59,830 bases of DNA. Source: Solirubrobacterales bacterium. Lineage in GTDB: Bacteria > Actinomycetota > Thermoleophilia > Solirubrobacterales > 70-9. How positions within the stretch are numbered: position 1 is the first letter of the stretch; each line of letters begins with the position of its first letter. Shown here in pieces: positions 41,503 to 51,044 of this stretch. Both the position numbers and the translations under genes were made by a program. The DNA is taken from positions 1-59,830 of the forward strand of contig DATFLZ010000176.1 in assembly GCA_035267205.1 (NCBI GenBank), written 5' to 3'. The notes beneath the pieces were generated by a model. That model searched no databases. It had not been told where the DNA came from and saw nothing but the letters and a program-made list of their open reading frames with translations.

Positions 41503-42060
41503 ATGTCTTCCCAGGCGAACTCGGAGTCCGCGGCGCGCCCGGTTGAGCGGGGCCCGTCCGGATCCCCCGAGCCGCCCGCCGACGCCGCCGGGCACGGAGG
41601 CGACCCACGGCGCGGAGGCACGGGGGCTTCTACGGAGCGGGTAGCACCGGGTACCGGATCGGGTACCGACGGCTACCCGGAGCCGGAGCCGGACCCCTCC
41701 TCCCGGTCTCCGAGCCGGGCCCCAGACGGCAGATCATGGGCGGAGTTCCTGTGCGAGGACCAGCTCCGGAAGTGGAATGGCGGGAGGTTGCCCGCCGACC
41801 TCAGCCCAGTCGAGCGCGAGATTCTGGGTTTCGACTCCATTCCGGAGGAGGAGGTCGAGCGGGAGGTCGACGCGGATCTCGGGCGCGTCCGTCAGGTGGG
41901 CATCAAGCTCAGCCCGCGGGACTTCCGCAAGCTCGCCGATGCTGCCGACAGACACGGCGTTCGGCCGACAACCATGGCCCGGCTGCTGCTCAAGCGGGCG
42001 CTTGGAGCCCTCGAGCGCGGAGAGGAGCGCACGCAGCCTGACCGCGGTGCACGGCCCTAG
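41503..42060 (+). CDS. Hypothetical protein with a disordered N-terminus and a C-terminal ribbon-helix-helix-like segment
   Basis: 185 aa. The C-terminal IKLSPRDFRKLADAADRHGVRPTTMARLLLKRAL looks like a CopG/RHH strand-helix-helix. The N-terminal about 80 aa are P/G/S/E-rich. The start is uncertain. Confidence 0.5.
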   Translation: MSSQANSESAARPVERGPSGSPEPPADAAGHGGDPRRGGTGASTERVAPGTGSGTDGYPEPEPDPSSRSPSRAPDGRSWAEFLCEDQLRKWNGGRLPADLSPVEREILGFDSIPEEEVEREVDADLGRVRQVGIKLSPRDFRKLADAADRHGVRPTTMARLLLKRALGALERGEERTQPDRGARP

Positions 42061-42986
42061 GCGCTGACCGGCGCCTCGGTGAAGTGGGTCAGGCGCTTGA
42101 ACTCGCCCAAGCGCGACTCGACCTCGGAGGGCTCGAGTCCGCGAACGCGCTCGGTGCCGAATGCCTCGACGTTGAAGGAGGCCATGACCGAGCCGAACGC
42201 CATCGCCCTGCGCAGGTCCTCGGGGCTCGGATCGGCCGCCCCCGAGGCATCCAGGTAGCCGAGGAAGCCGCCGGCGAAGCTGTCTCCCGCGCCGGTCGGA
42301 TCGGCCACCTCGTCGATGAGCAGCCCCGGGATCGCGAAGGTGTCCTCGGCACTGAAGAGGGCCGCGCCGTACTCGCCGCGTTTGGCGACGACGATCCGGG
42401 GGCCCATGTCCATCACGGCCTTGGCGGCCTTGGCGAGATTCGGCTCACCCGTGAGCTGTCGGAGCTCGGCGTCGTTGAGCAGTAGGCAGTGGATCTCGCC
42501 GAGCGCGGCGACGAGCGAGTCGCGCGCCGTGTCGATCCAGAGGTTCATGGAGTCCAGTGCGACGAGCTCCGCTCCACTCGCGTCCGCTCGCACCCGGCGC
42601 TGCAGGTCAGGCTGGATGTTGCCGAGGAACAGCACGTCCGATGAGCGCGACGCATCCGAGAGCTTTGGCTCGAAGTCCGCGAAGACGTTGAGCTGGGTGT
42701 CGTCGGTGTGAGCGACGTTGAGGTCGTGCTCGTAGTGGCCCTGCCAGAAAAACGTCTCACCGCCCTCGACCAGCTCGATGTCGCCGGTCTCGATCCCGCG
42801 CCCTTCGAGGATCGCGAACTCGTCGGCGCCGAAATCCTCCCCGACCGGGCCGACGACCCGGACGTTGGTGAAGAAGCTAGCGGCGAGGGCGAAGTGGACG
42901 GCGGATCCGCCCAGCATCTTCTCTCGGTCCCCGAACGGGGTCTTGACCGCATCGAACGCGATTGAGCCTACGACTGTGAGTGACAT
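42057..42986 (-). CDS. PfkB-family carbohydrate/nucleoside kinase
   Basis: 309 aa from the ATG at 42986 (MSLTVVGSIAFD...). C-terminal DPTGAGDSFAGGFLG motif. Confidence 0.9.
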   Translation of the reverse strand: MSLTVVGSIAFDAVKTPFGDREKMLGGSAVHFALAASFFTNVRVVGPVGEDFGADEFAILEGRGIETGDIELVEGGETFFWQGHYEHDLNVAHTDDTQLNVFADFEPKLSDASRSSDVLFLGNIQPDLQRRVRADASGAELVALDSMNLWIDTARDSLVAALGEIHCLLLNDAELRQLTGEPNLAKAAKAVMDMGPRIVVAKRGEYGAALFSAEDTFAIPGLLIDEVADPTGAGDSFAGGFLGYLDASGAADPSPEDLRRAMAFGSVMASFNVEAFGTERVRGLEPSEVESRLGEFKRLTHFTEAPVSA

Positions 42987-43158
42987 GGAGCGGGCATGCT
43001 GGCACAAAGCCGCCCGCAACGGCCCTGCTCTCGGAGCGCCGTTGGGTTTGCCGGCCGATGCCGGACGGGACCAATAGCCTGGGGTCAATGCCCGGCCCGA
43101 GTGGAACGAGGCCGCCGAGTCCATCGAGCGGAAGGCTGAGCCCGGAGAGCGGGCGCTG

Positions 43159-44103
43159 ATGCGAGCGATCCAGATTCAAGAGTTCGGCGGGCCCGAGGTG
43201 CTCGAGCTGGTCGAGCTGCCCGATCCGGAGCCCGGGGACGGAGAGGTCGTGATCGAGGTGGCCCGCGCGGGCATGAACTTCGCCGACACCCACCAGCGTC
43301 ACAACCAGTACCTGGCCAAGGCCGAGCTTCCGCTGATCCCGGGGCAGGAGGTGGCGGGTGCCGCCGGAGGACGCCGGGTGGCGGCGATGATCCCGAACGG
43401 CGGCTACGCGGAGCGGGTGGCCGTGCGCGAGGCCGACCTCGTGCAGATTCCCGACGACGTCACCGACGATCAGGCCGCGGCGATCCTGATCCAGGGCCTG
43501 ACGGCATGGGCCCTCCTCGAGATCAGCGCGCGCGTCCAGCCGGGTGAGAGCGTCGCGGTCGAGGGCGCGGCGGGTGGGACGGGGACGATGCTCGTGCAGC
43601 TCGCCAAGCGGATGGGGGCGCGGGTGATCGGCCTCGCCTCGGCGCCCGGCAAGCGCGAGCTGGTCGAGCGGCTCGGCGCCGACGCGACGATCGACTCCCG
43701 GTCGCCGACCATGACCGAGGACCTGCTCGCCGCAAACGAAGGCCGCCCGGTTGACGTGATCATGCAGATCTCGGGCGGCGAGTCGTTCGAGCGACAGATG
43801 GAGGCACTCGCGCCGTTCGGGCGGATGGTCACCTTCGGGATCGCAACGCGGGAGGCGAATCAGATCAAGACCTCGAGCCTGATGCGGACCTCGCGGGCGG
43901 TGATCGGCTTCTGGTTCGTTCACCTGCTTCAGCGGCCTGACCTGCTGAGGGACGGCATCGCGGAGTTGCTCGGCGCTGTAGCCTCCGGGGAGCTTGAGGT
44001 CGTCATCGGCAGCGTGTATCCGATGAGCGATGTCGCCCGGGCTCAGATCGAGCTCGCGGAGCGGCGCACGCAGGGCAAGCTCCTGCTCGACCCAGGCGCC
44101 TAG
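43159..44103 (+). CDS. Quinone oxidoreductase / zinc-type alcohol dehydrogenase superfamily (MDR)
   Basis: 314 aa. N-terminal GroES-like domain and AAGGTGTMLVQLAK nucleotide-binding motif. Confidence 0.9.
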   Translation: MRAIQIQEFGGPEVLELVELPDPEPGDGEVVIEVARAGMNFADTHQRHNQYLAKAELPLIPGQEVAGAAGGRRVAAMIPNGGYAERVAVREADLVQIPDDVTDDQAAAILIQGLTAWALLEISARVQPGESVAVEGAAGGTGTMLVQLAKRMGARVIGLASAPGKRELVERLGADATIDSRSPTMTEDLLAANEGRPVDVIMQISGGESFERQMEALAPFGRMVTFGIATREANQIKTSSLMRTSRAVIGFWFVHLLQRPDLLRDGIAELLGAVASGELEVVIGSVYPMSDVARAQIELAERRTQGKLLLDPGA

Positions 44104-44153
44104 AACGCCGACTTCCCACGGGCCGCGCGGCCCCACACCCACAGGAGAACAAC

Positions 44154-45575
44154 TTGAGCGCTTTTCGCGAGATGGGCCTGGACGACGACATCGTCAAGGC
44201 TCTTGATGAGCTCGGCATCGAGGAGCCGACCCCGATCCAGGAGCAGGCGATCCCCGAGCTGCTCGCCGGCCACGACGTGATCGGCCAGGCTCAGACCGGC
44301 ACCGGCAAGACCGCCGCATTCGGCCTGCCCCTGCTCCAGTACCTGGACCCCAGCGACGACTCCACCCAGGCGGTCGTCCTCACCCCGACCCGGGAGCTCT
44401 GCATCCAGGTCACGCAGGCGCTTCGTTCCTACGCGGAGCACATGGACATCAACGTCGTCGCGGTCTTCGGCGGCACCTCGGTCCGTGACCAGGCTGCGCG
44501 GGTCCGCTACGGCGCCCACGTGGTCGTCGCCACCGTCGGCCGGATGATGGACCTGACCTCCCGCGGCTCCCTGAACCTCAACGCCAGCCGCTACGTCGTC
44601 CTCGACGAGGCCGACGAGATGCTCGATCTCGGCTTTATCGAGGACGTCGAGAAGATCCTGCGGATGTGCCCGAACGGACGCCAGACGATGCTGTTCAGCG
44701 CGACGATGCCGCCTCCGATCGCGCGGCTCGCCGAGACCTACATGTACGACCCGATCACGATCTCGATCACGCCGAAGAAGCTCACAGTGGACGCGATCGA
44801 GCAGGCGTACGTCGAGGTCGACCAGAAGAGCAAGCAAGACAAGCTGATCGAGGTCCTCCGCAAGGAGGAGCCCGAGCAGGCGATCGTCTTCTGCCGGACC
44901 AAGATCGGCACGGCACGGCTCGACAAGCGGCTCCGGGACAAGGGGCTTCCCTCGAAGGCGTTGCATGGCGACATGAGCCAGGGTCAGCGCGACGGCGTGA
45001 TGATCTCCTTCAAGGAGCACCAGTCGCCGCTGCTCGTCGCGACCGACGTTGCCGCCCGCGGGCTCGACATCGAGCACGTCACCCACGTGATCAACTTCGA
45101 TCTGCCGAACAACACCGAGATCTACGTGCACCGGATCGGCCGAACCGGCCGCGTCGGCCGCACCGGCCGGGCGATCACCTTCGTGACGCCGAAGGAGCGC
45201 CCCGAGATCGAGCGGATCGAGCGCGAGGCGAAGACCTCGATCGGCGAGTGGGAAGCACCCGAGGACCGGATCGAGCACGCCCCGCGTCCCAAGCGGCGCG
45301 ACCACTCGCAGGAGAAGCCCTCCGAGAACGGCAAGGCGGAGCACGCGAAGCTGTTCATCAACCGCGGCGCCCGCAGCGGCATCGAGGAGTCCGACATCGA
45401 GTTCGCGCTGGTCGAGGGAGCGGTGATCCCGCCCGAGTCGATTCACGACATCCGGGTGCTGGAGCGCTTCAGCTTCGTCGACCTCGACGCCGAGAACGCC
45501 GAGAAGGTCCTCGACCGGCTCAACGAGACCAAGCTCAAGGGCAAGCAGATCCGCGTCGAGTACGCGAAGGACTAG
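44154..45575 (+). CDS. DEAD-box ATP-dependent RNA helicase with a C-terminal DbpA-type RNA-binding domain
   Basis: TTG start after AGGAGAAC. Q motif (PTPIQ), AQTGTGKT, DEAD, SAT, HRIGRTGR. C-terminal KLFINRG...IRVEY. Confidence 0.93.
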   Translation: MSAFREMGLDDDIVKALDELGIEEPTPIQEQAIPELLAGHDVIGQAQTGTGKTAAFGLPLLQYLDPSDDSTQAVVLTPTRELCIQVTQALRSYAEHMDINVVAVFGGTSVRDQAARVRYGAHVVVATVGRMMDLTSRGSLNLNASRYVVLDEADEMLDLGFIEDVEKILRMCPNGRQTMLFSATMPPPIARLAETYMYDPITISITPKKLTVDAIEQAYVEVDQKSKQDKLIEVLRKEEPEQAIVFCRTKIGTARLDKRLRDKGLPSKALHGDMSQGQRDGVMISFKEHQSPLLVATDVAARGLDIEHVTHVINFDLPNNTEIYVHRIGRTGRVGRTGRAITFVTPKERPEIERIEREAKTSIGEWEAPEDRIEHAPRPKRRDHSQEKPSENGKAEHAKLFINRGARSGIEESDIEFALVEGAVIPPESIHDIRVLERFSFVDLDAENAEKVLDRLNETKLKGKQIRVEYAKD

Positions 45576-45579
45576 GTCC

Positions 45580-47250
45580 TTGCGGGGGCGCCCGCTGATC
45601 AGCATCCCCGAGGAACGGCCGCTGCTGGTCGCGCTGGTGCTCTGCGGAGCGGTGTCGCTGGCGTACGCCCTCACGGTTCCGGAGACGCCGGACCTCGCCG
45701 CTCAGCTCTTCCGCGCCGACCTGTGGGGCGATCACGGCTTCGTGCTCTGGAGCGAGGCCTGGTACAGCGGGTTCACGACTCCCGGCTACAGCCTGATCTA
45801 TCCGCCGCTGGGCGCCCTGATCGGCCCGGTGGCGCTCGGGATCATCTGCGCGCTCGCCTCTACGGCGATCTTCGGTGCGCTCGCGATCCGCGCGTTCGGC
45901 GATCGAGCCTGGATTGGGGTGATCTGGTTCGGGCTAGCGTCGACGGTGGCGCTGTGGGGCTCGCGGACGACCTTCGCCCTCGGCCTCACGCTGGCGCTCG
46001 CGGCCCTGCTGGCTCTTCAGCGCAGCCGCCCCTGGCTTGCGGTGCCGCTGGCTCTGGTGTCAGGGCTGGCCAGTCCGGTCTCGGGCCTGTTCTGCGCGCT
46101 CGCCGGCGCGGCTGTCGTGCTCGCCGCGCGCGTGCCCCTGAGCAGGGACAGCGTGTCGAGGGGCGCGGCCCGGCTGCCCGCCGGCGTCGCTGTGGCAGTC
46201 ACCGTCGCGGCGGCGGTGGGCACCCTGGCCATGGGCTTTGCGTTCCCGGTGGACGGCTACGAGCCGTTTCGATTCGCGATGTGGATCTGGATCCCGATCA
46301 CCTGCCTGGTCGTGCTCGTCGTGGTCCCGGCCGAGCAGGCGGTGATCCGCTGGGGGGCGCTGCTGTACCTGCTGCTGGCGCTGCCGCTGCTGGTCGTCGA
46401 AACCCCGCTCGGGGACAACGCGGTGCGACTCGGCTACACCTTCGCCGGGCCGGTCCTCGCGCTCGCGCTCACCCCCTGGCGCCCGGTGCTGCTCGCGGTG
46501 CTGGCGGTGCCGCTCCTGTACTGGCAGTGGAACGCCACCTACCACGACATCAGGGACGGGCTCGGGAACGAGACGGCCGAGCGGGCCTACTTCGCGCCGG
46601 TGCTCGACGCGGCCGAGACGGACGCCGAGACTGACGGCGCCGGGCCCGGCCGCGTCCACGTGCCGCCGACCCGCACCCGCTGGGAGGCCCGCTTCGTCCC
46701 CGAGCGCTTCCCACTCGCGCGCGGCTGGCTGCGGCAGCTCGAATCCGACGACTTCGAGCTGTTCCGCGACGGCGAGCTCGACCCCGAGTCCTACGAGCGC
46801 TGGCTGCGCGAGCACGGCGTCTCATACGTGGCGCTGCCCCTCGGCGTCGAGCTCGACTACATGGGCGGGGATGAGGCGGCGCTGCTTCAGGGCGCGGACG
46901 GCCCGCTGCCGTTCCTCGCAGAGATCTACTCGAGCCCGCACTGGCGCCTCTGGAGGGTGCGGGGGACCGGCGGAAGTCCGCTCGTCACCGGCGGCGCCCG
47001 GATCGAGAGCGCCGGTCCCGACGGTTACACGGTGTCGGTACCGGGGCCGGGCACCTATCTGCTCCGCTACCGCTACAGCCCGTACCTCGGTGTCAGCGCC
47101 GACGGCCGCGCCTGCATCTCGGCAGCGCCGGGGATGGAGGGGACGACCACGGAGCTGGTAGTCGCGGGGCCCGCACCGAGGCTGATCGAGGTTGAGGCCG
47201 GGTTCTCGTTCGCGGGCCTGTTCCGCCGCTCGGAGAGCTGCTCGCAGTGA
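45580..47250 (+). CDS. Hypothetical polytopic membrane protein with a C-terminal soluble domain (possible GT-C-like glycosyltransferase)
   Basis: 556 aa. About 9-10 TM helices in the first 330 aa, then a roughly 220-aa hydrophilic domain. TTG start 4 nt after the helicase stop. The functional call is speculative. Confidence 0.65.
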   Translation: MRGRPLISIPEERPLLVALVLCGAVSLAYALTVPETPDLAAQLFRADLWGDHGFVLWSEAWYSGFTTPGYSLIYPPLGALIGPVALGIICALASTAIFGALAIRAFGDRAWIGVIWFGLASTVALWGSRTTFALGLTLALAALLALQRSRPWLAVPLALVSGLASPVSGLFCALAGAAVVLAARVPLSRDSVSRGAARLPAGVAVAVTVAAAVGTLAMGFAFPVDGYEPFRFAMWIWIPITCLVVLVVVPAEQAVIRWGALLYLLLALPLLVVETPLGDNAVRLGYTFAGPVLALALTPWRPVLLAVLAVPLLYWQWNATYHDIRDGLGNETAERAYFAPVLDAAETDAETDGAGPGRVHVPPTRTRWEARFVPERFPLARGWLRQLESDDFELFRDGELDPESYERWLREHGVSYVALPLGVELDYMGGDEAALLQGADGPLPFLAEIYSSPHWRLWRVRGTGGSPLVTGGARIESAGPDGYTVSVPGPGTYLLRYRYSPYLGVSADGRACISAAPGMEGTTTELVVAGPAPRLIEVEAGFSFAGLFRRSESCSQ

Positions 47251-47263
47251 GCCCAGGCCGGTA

Positions 47264-47896
47264 CTAGGACACGCCGAGCTCGAGCCCGAAGAGTTCGCCG
47301 AGCTGGGCCAGGGTCGCCTCGGTGTCGCGGTGGAGGATGCCGTGCATGCCGACCGCCTCGGCCCCGGCGATGTTCTCGCGAAGGTCGTCGACGAACGCGC
47401 AGGCGCCGACCGCCACGCCGAGCCGCTCCGCCCCCAGCTCGTAGATCTCGGGCTGGGGCTTGTGGAGGCCGACGTCGCCCGAGATCACGGTCGCATCGAA
47501 CACGTGCAGCGGCGCTCGCTCGTAGATGCCGGTCCCCCAGGAGTTCGAGATGAGCCCGGTCGGGGCGCCCGATTCCTTCACCGCCGCCACCGCGGAGATC
47601 ATCCGTTCGTCCGGGCCGAGCCCCGCGAAGAGCCGATCGATCAGGTTCTCGGGGGGAACGCCCAGCAGCGCGCCGAAGCGCTGCTCGAACTCCGCGTCGG
47701 CCAGCGCCCCGGTCTCGAGCTGCCGGAGTAGCCGGATCCCGTCGGCGTCACCGCGGAAGTGGTCCTTGATCGTGTCCGGATCGAGCCCCTCCCGGGCGGA
47801 GAACGCCCTGAACGACTCCCAGATGTTGGTCGTCAACACGCCGCCGAAGTCGACCAGGAGTGCTGTGGGCCGTGGTGCGCTCACCACCGGACTCAT
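47264..47896 (-). CDS. HAD-superfamily hydrolase (subfamily IA-like)
   Basis: 210 aa from the ATG at 47896. Motif I-like LLVDFGGVLT and motif IV FVDDLRENI. Confidence 0.85.
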   Translation of the reverse strand: MSPVVSAPRPTALLVDFGGVLTTNIWESFRAFSAREGLDPDTIKDHFRGDADGIRLLRQLETGALADAEFEQRFGALLGVPPENLIDRLFAGLGPDERMISAVAAVKESGAPTGLISNSWGTGIYERAPLHVFDATVISGDVGLHKPQPEIYELGAERLGVAVGACAFVDDLRENIAGAEAVGMHGILHRDTEATLAQLGELFGLELGVS

Positions 47897-47926
47897 ACCA
47901 GCCAATGGGCCAATAGGGTTCGGTCC

Positions 47927-48982
47927 ATGAACGAGAGCTCCACAGGACAGGTCCCGGACGGCATCGACCGCGCGGCAGTCGAGGCCTGGTTCGAGGCCAA
48001 CCTCGACGACGCCCGGCCGCCGCTCAGCTTCGAGATGATCGCCGGGGGGCGATCCAACCTGACCTACTCGGTGACCGATCAGGCGGGCCACCGCTGGGCG
48101 CTCCGCCGTCCGCCGCTCGGCAAGCGGCTCGGTTCGGCTCACGACATGGGCCGCGAGCATCGGGTGGTATCGGCGCTTGCCTCGACCCCGGTGCCCGTTG
48201 CGCCGATCGCGGGCTTCTGCGAGGACGAGAGCGTCAACGACGCTCCCTTCTACGTCATGGACTTCGTCGACGGCCCGGTGCTCAGAGCCCGTCAGGATGC
48301 GGAGCCGCTCACCGAGGAGGAGCGCCGAGCGGTGGGGGAGCGGGTCGTCGACACCCTGGTGACGTTGCACGAGGTCGATCCGGATGCAGCCGGACTGGGC
48401 GAGCTCGGGAAGAAGACCGACCATGTCGCCCGGACGCTGCATCGCTGGCTCGGTCAGTGGGAGAAGTCGAAGACTCGGGAGCTATCCCTCGTCGGCGAAG
48501 TCCACGACCGGCTCGCTGCACGCATCCCCGAGCAGGGGCCGGCGACGATCGTCCACGGCGACTACCGGCTCGACAACATGATCCTCGATGAGTCAGGGGA
48601 GGTGGCGGCCGTCGTCGACTGGGAGCTCTGCACGCTCGGTGACCCGCTCACCGACGTCGGCTTGCTGTTGGTCTACTGGGCCGAGGACGGGGACGACCTG
48701 CTGCCCCTGTTCGAACCGGCGACGATGGCGCCGGGGTTCATCTCCCGGGACGAGGTCCACGCGCGCTACTCGGAGCGCTCGGGGCGGGACCTGAGCGGGA
48801 TCGACTTCTACGTCGCGCTCGGCTACTGGAAGCTGGCGATCATCCTCGAGGGCGTCTTCGCCCGCTACATGGCCGGCGGGTACGGGAAGGCAGCGGCCGA
48901 CGACGAGGGTGCCAAGACCCTCGCGCGCACCGTTGAGCGGCTCGCGGAGGCTGCGGACGAGGCGGAGCGACGGCTCGGCTGA
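47927..48982 (+). CDS. Phosphotransferase (APH/choline-kinase fold; ACAD10/11-kinase-domain and LvaA-like)
   Basis: 351 aa from the ATG at 47927. GGRSNLTY nucleotide loop, FYVMDFVDG, catalytic HGDYRLDN, and DWELCTLGDP. Confidence 0.9.
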   Translation: MNESSTGQVPDGIDRAAVEAWFEANLDDARPPLSFEMIAGGRSNLTYSVTDQAGHRWALRRPPLGKRLGSAHDMGREHRVVSALASTPVPVAPIAGFCEDESVNDAPFYVMDFVDGPVLRARQDAEPLTEEERRAVGERVVDTLVTLHEVDPDAAGLGELGKKTDHVARTLHRWLGQWEKSKTRELSLVGEVHDRLAARIPEQGPATIVHGDYRLDNMILDESGEVAAVVDWELCTLGDPLTDVGLLLVYWAEDGDDLLPLFEPATMAPGFISRDEVHARYSERSGRDLSGIDFYVALGYWKLAIILEGVFARYMAGGYGKAAADDEGAKTLARTVERLAEAADEAERRLG

Positions 48983-48998
48983 GCCCGCTGCCAGCTGC

Positions 48999-49691
48999 CT
49001 ACCAGTCCGGCTGCTCCCGGTTCTCGATCCGGTCGATGCCGTCGCGGATGCCCGCCAGCGGTGCCGCCCGGATGCGGAGCTTGGTCGCGGCGTGGGCGTC
49101 CGGCTTGACGCTCGTCAGCTCCTCGGCCACCCCGTGGGCGACCGCACGGACGTCGCCCGGGTCGGCGAGCTCGTCGAGGAAGCCCGCGGCCGTCGCCTCC
49201 TCGGGGCCGAGGACGACGCCGCTGGCGGTGCAGCGGTCGAAGTAGGGGGCGGTGAGCCGGTGGCGCGCGATCTCGATCCCGAACCAGGGGACCGTGAGCC
49301 CGATCCGCACCTCGTTGAGCCCGATCTTGTAGTCGCCGCGGGCGCCGACGCGGTGGTCGGCGCTGAGCAGTACGAAGCCGCCCATCGCGAGCGCGTTGCC
49401 GTTGCAGGCGGCGACGATCGGCCGCGGGAAGCTCAGCATCCTCTCGGCCAGCCGGGCGCCGGCGACGAGCATCTCCGGCCAGCCGTCGAGCTCGGTCCTC
49501 AGGTCGAAGCCCGCTGAGAAGGTGCCGCCGGTGCCGGTCAGGACGACGGCTTCGGCTTCCTCCTCCTCGGCCCGGTCGAGGCACGCGCTGATCGAGCCGA
49601 GCATCTCCGCGGAGAGGGCGTTGACCTTGCCGTCGTCCATCTTGATCTCGGCGACGGCGCCGGACACGTTGTAGCCGGTGAGGGGCGACAT
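48999..49691 (-). CDS. Enoyl-CoA hydratase/isomerase (crotonase) family protein
   Basis: 230 aa from the ATG at 49691. VVLTGTGGTFSAGFDL oxyanion-hole motif. Confidence 0.85.
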   Translation of the reverse strand: MSPLTGYNVSGAVAEIKMDDGKVNALSAEMLGSISACLDRAEEEEAEAVVLTGTGGTFSAGFDLRTELDGWPEMLVAGARLAERMLSFPRPIVAACNGNALAMGGFVLLSADHRVGARGDYKIGLNEVRIGLTVPWFGIEIARHRLTAPYFDRCTASGVVLGPEEATAAGFLDELADPGDVRAVAHGVAEELTSVKPDAHAATKLRIRAAPLAGIRDGIDRIENREQPDW

Positions 49692-49701
49692 GCGGCGAGC
49701 C

Positions 49702-50973
49702 TCAGCTCGCGGGCGCCTTCTCTCGCGGCTGCTCACGGCTACCGTCGGCTTCGGCCCCCTCGGCCCTCGCCCAGTGGTTGAGCTCGCGGCGGGCGATGAC
49801 CATCTTGTGGACCTCGTCGGGGCCGTCGGCCACCTTGAGCATGCGGCTGTAGCGCCACATCGCCGCCAGGGGGGTGTCGTCCGACATGCCCAGCGAGCCG
49901 TGGACCTGGATCGCGCGATCGAGGACGTCCATGACCACGTTCGCGGCGACAACCTTGATCATCGAGATCTCGCGGCGAGCCTCGCGCTTGCCGGCCGTGT
50001 CCATCAGCCATGCCGCCTTCAGGGTGAGCAGTCGCGCCTGCTCGGTCTCCATCCGGCTCTTGGCGATGAAGTCCTGGACGAACTGCTTGTCGGCGAGGGG
50101 GCCGCCGAAGGCCTCGCGCGTGTTGGCGCGGCGGCACATCATCTCGATCGCCCGCTCGCAGGTTCCGATCGCGCGCATGCAGTGATGGATGCGCCCGGGG
50201 CCGAGCCGGTCCTGGGCGATCACGAAGCCGGCGCCGCGGGGCCCCAGCAGGTTGGCCTCGGGGACCCGGCAGTCCTCGTAGCGGATCTCGCAGTGGCCTG
50301 GGCCCTTGTCGTGGCCCATCACTGAGACGGGGCGGATCAGGTTGAAGCCGGGCGTGTCGACGGGCACCACGATCATGCTCGCCCTGGCATAGGGGTGCGC
50401 CTCGGGCTCGGTGACGACCATCGCGATCGCGATGTCGGCGCCGACCGCTCCGGACGTGAACCACTTGTGCCCGTTGATCACCCACTCGCCTGCGGACTCA
50501 TCGAGCTCGGCGTGGGTCTGCAGGGTCGTCGGGTCCGAGCCCGCGACGTCGGGCTCGGTCATCGAGAAGCAGGAGCGGCGATGACCGTGGAGCAGCGGCT
50601 CGAGCCAGTCCTGCTTCTGCTGGTCTGTGCCGTGGTCGTAGAGGATCTCCATGTTCCCCGTGTCCGGCGCGGCGCAGTTGAACATCATCGGCGCCACCGC
50701 GGGGCTGCGGCCCATCTCCTCGCAGAGCATCCCGTACTCCCAGTTGGTCAGCCCGGCGCCGTATTCCTCGTTGGGCATGAACAGGTTCCACAGGCCCTGT
50801 TCGCGGGCCTTCTCCCGCAGCTCGACGATGATCTCCGGATAGGCGACGCCCGGCCTCACCTCCTCGTCGAGCGCGGCCATCGCCTCCGCTTCGACCGGGT
50901 AGAGGTTCTCCTCCATGAAGGAGCGGATCTGATCGCGAAGCTCGCTGACGCGCGGGCCGGGTTCGAAGTCCAT
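49702..50973 (-). CDS. Acyl-CoA dehydrogenase, ACAD10/11 (FadE2-like) clade
   Basis: 423 aa from the ATG at 50973. ACAD domains. The C-terminal LKVADGPDEVHKMVIARREL replaces the usual YEGTSEIQ block. Confidence 0.9.
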   Translation of the reverse strand: MDFEPGPRVSELRDQIRSFMEENLYPVEAEAMAALDEEVRPGVAYPEIIVELREKAREQGLWNLFMPNEEYGAGLTNWEYGMLCEEMGRSPAVAPMMFNCAAPDTGNMEILYDHGTDQQKQDWLEPLLHGHRRSCFSMTEPDVAGSDPTTLQTHAELDESAGEWVINGHKWFTSGAVGADIAIAMVVTEPEAHPYARASMIVVPVDTPGFNLIRPVSVMGHDKGPGHCEIRYEDCRVPEANLLGPRGAGFVIAQDRLGPGRIHHCMRAIGTCERAIEMMCRRANTREAFGGPLADKQFVQDFIAKSRMETEQARLLTLKAAWLMDTAGKREARREISMIKVVAANVVMDVLDRAIQVHGSLGMSDDTPLAAMWRYSRMLKVADGPDEVHKMVIARRELNHWARAEGAEADGSREQPREKAPAS

Positions 50974-51044
50974 GAACCCCAGCCTATCGGGAGCGATCCG
51001 GATCCCGCTGAACTCCACCGCGTCCGGCGCGCGGGGCGGTTCGC

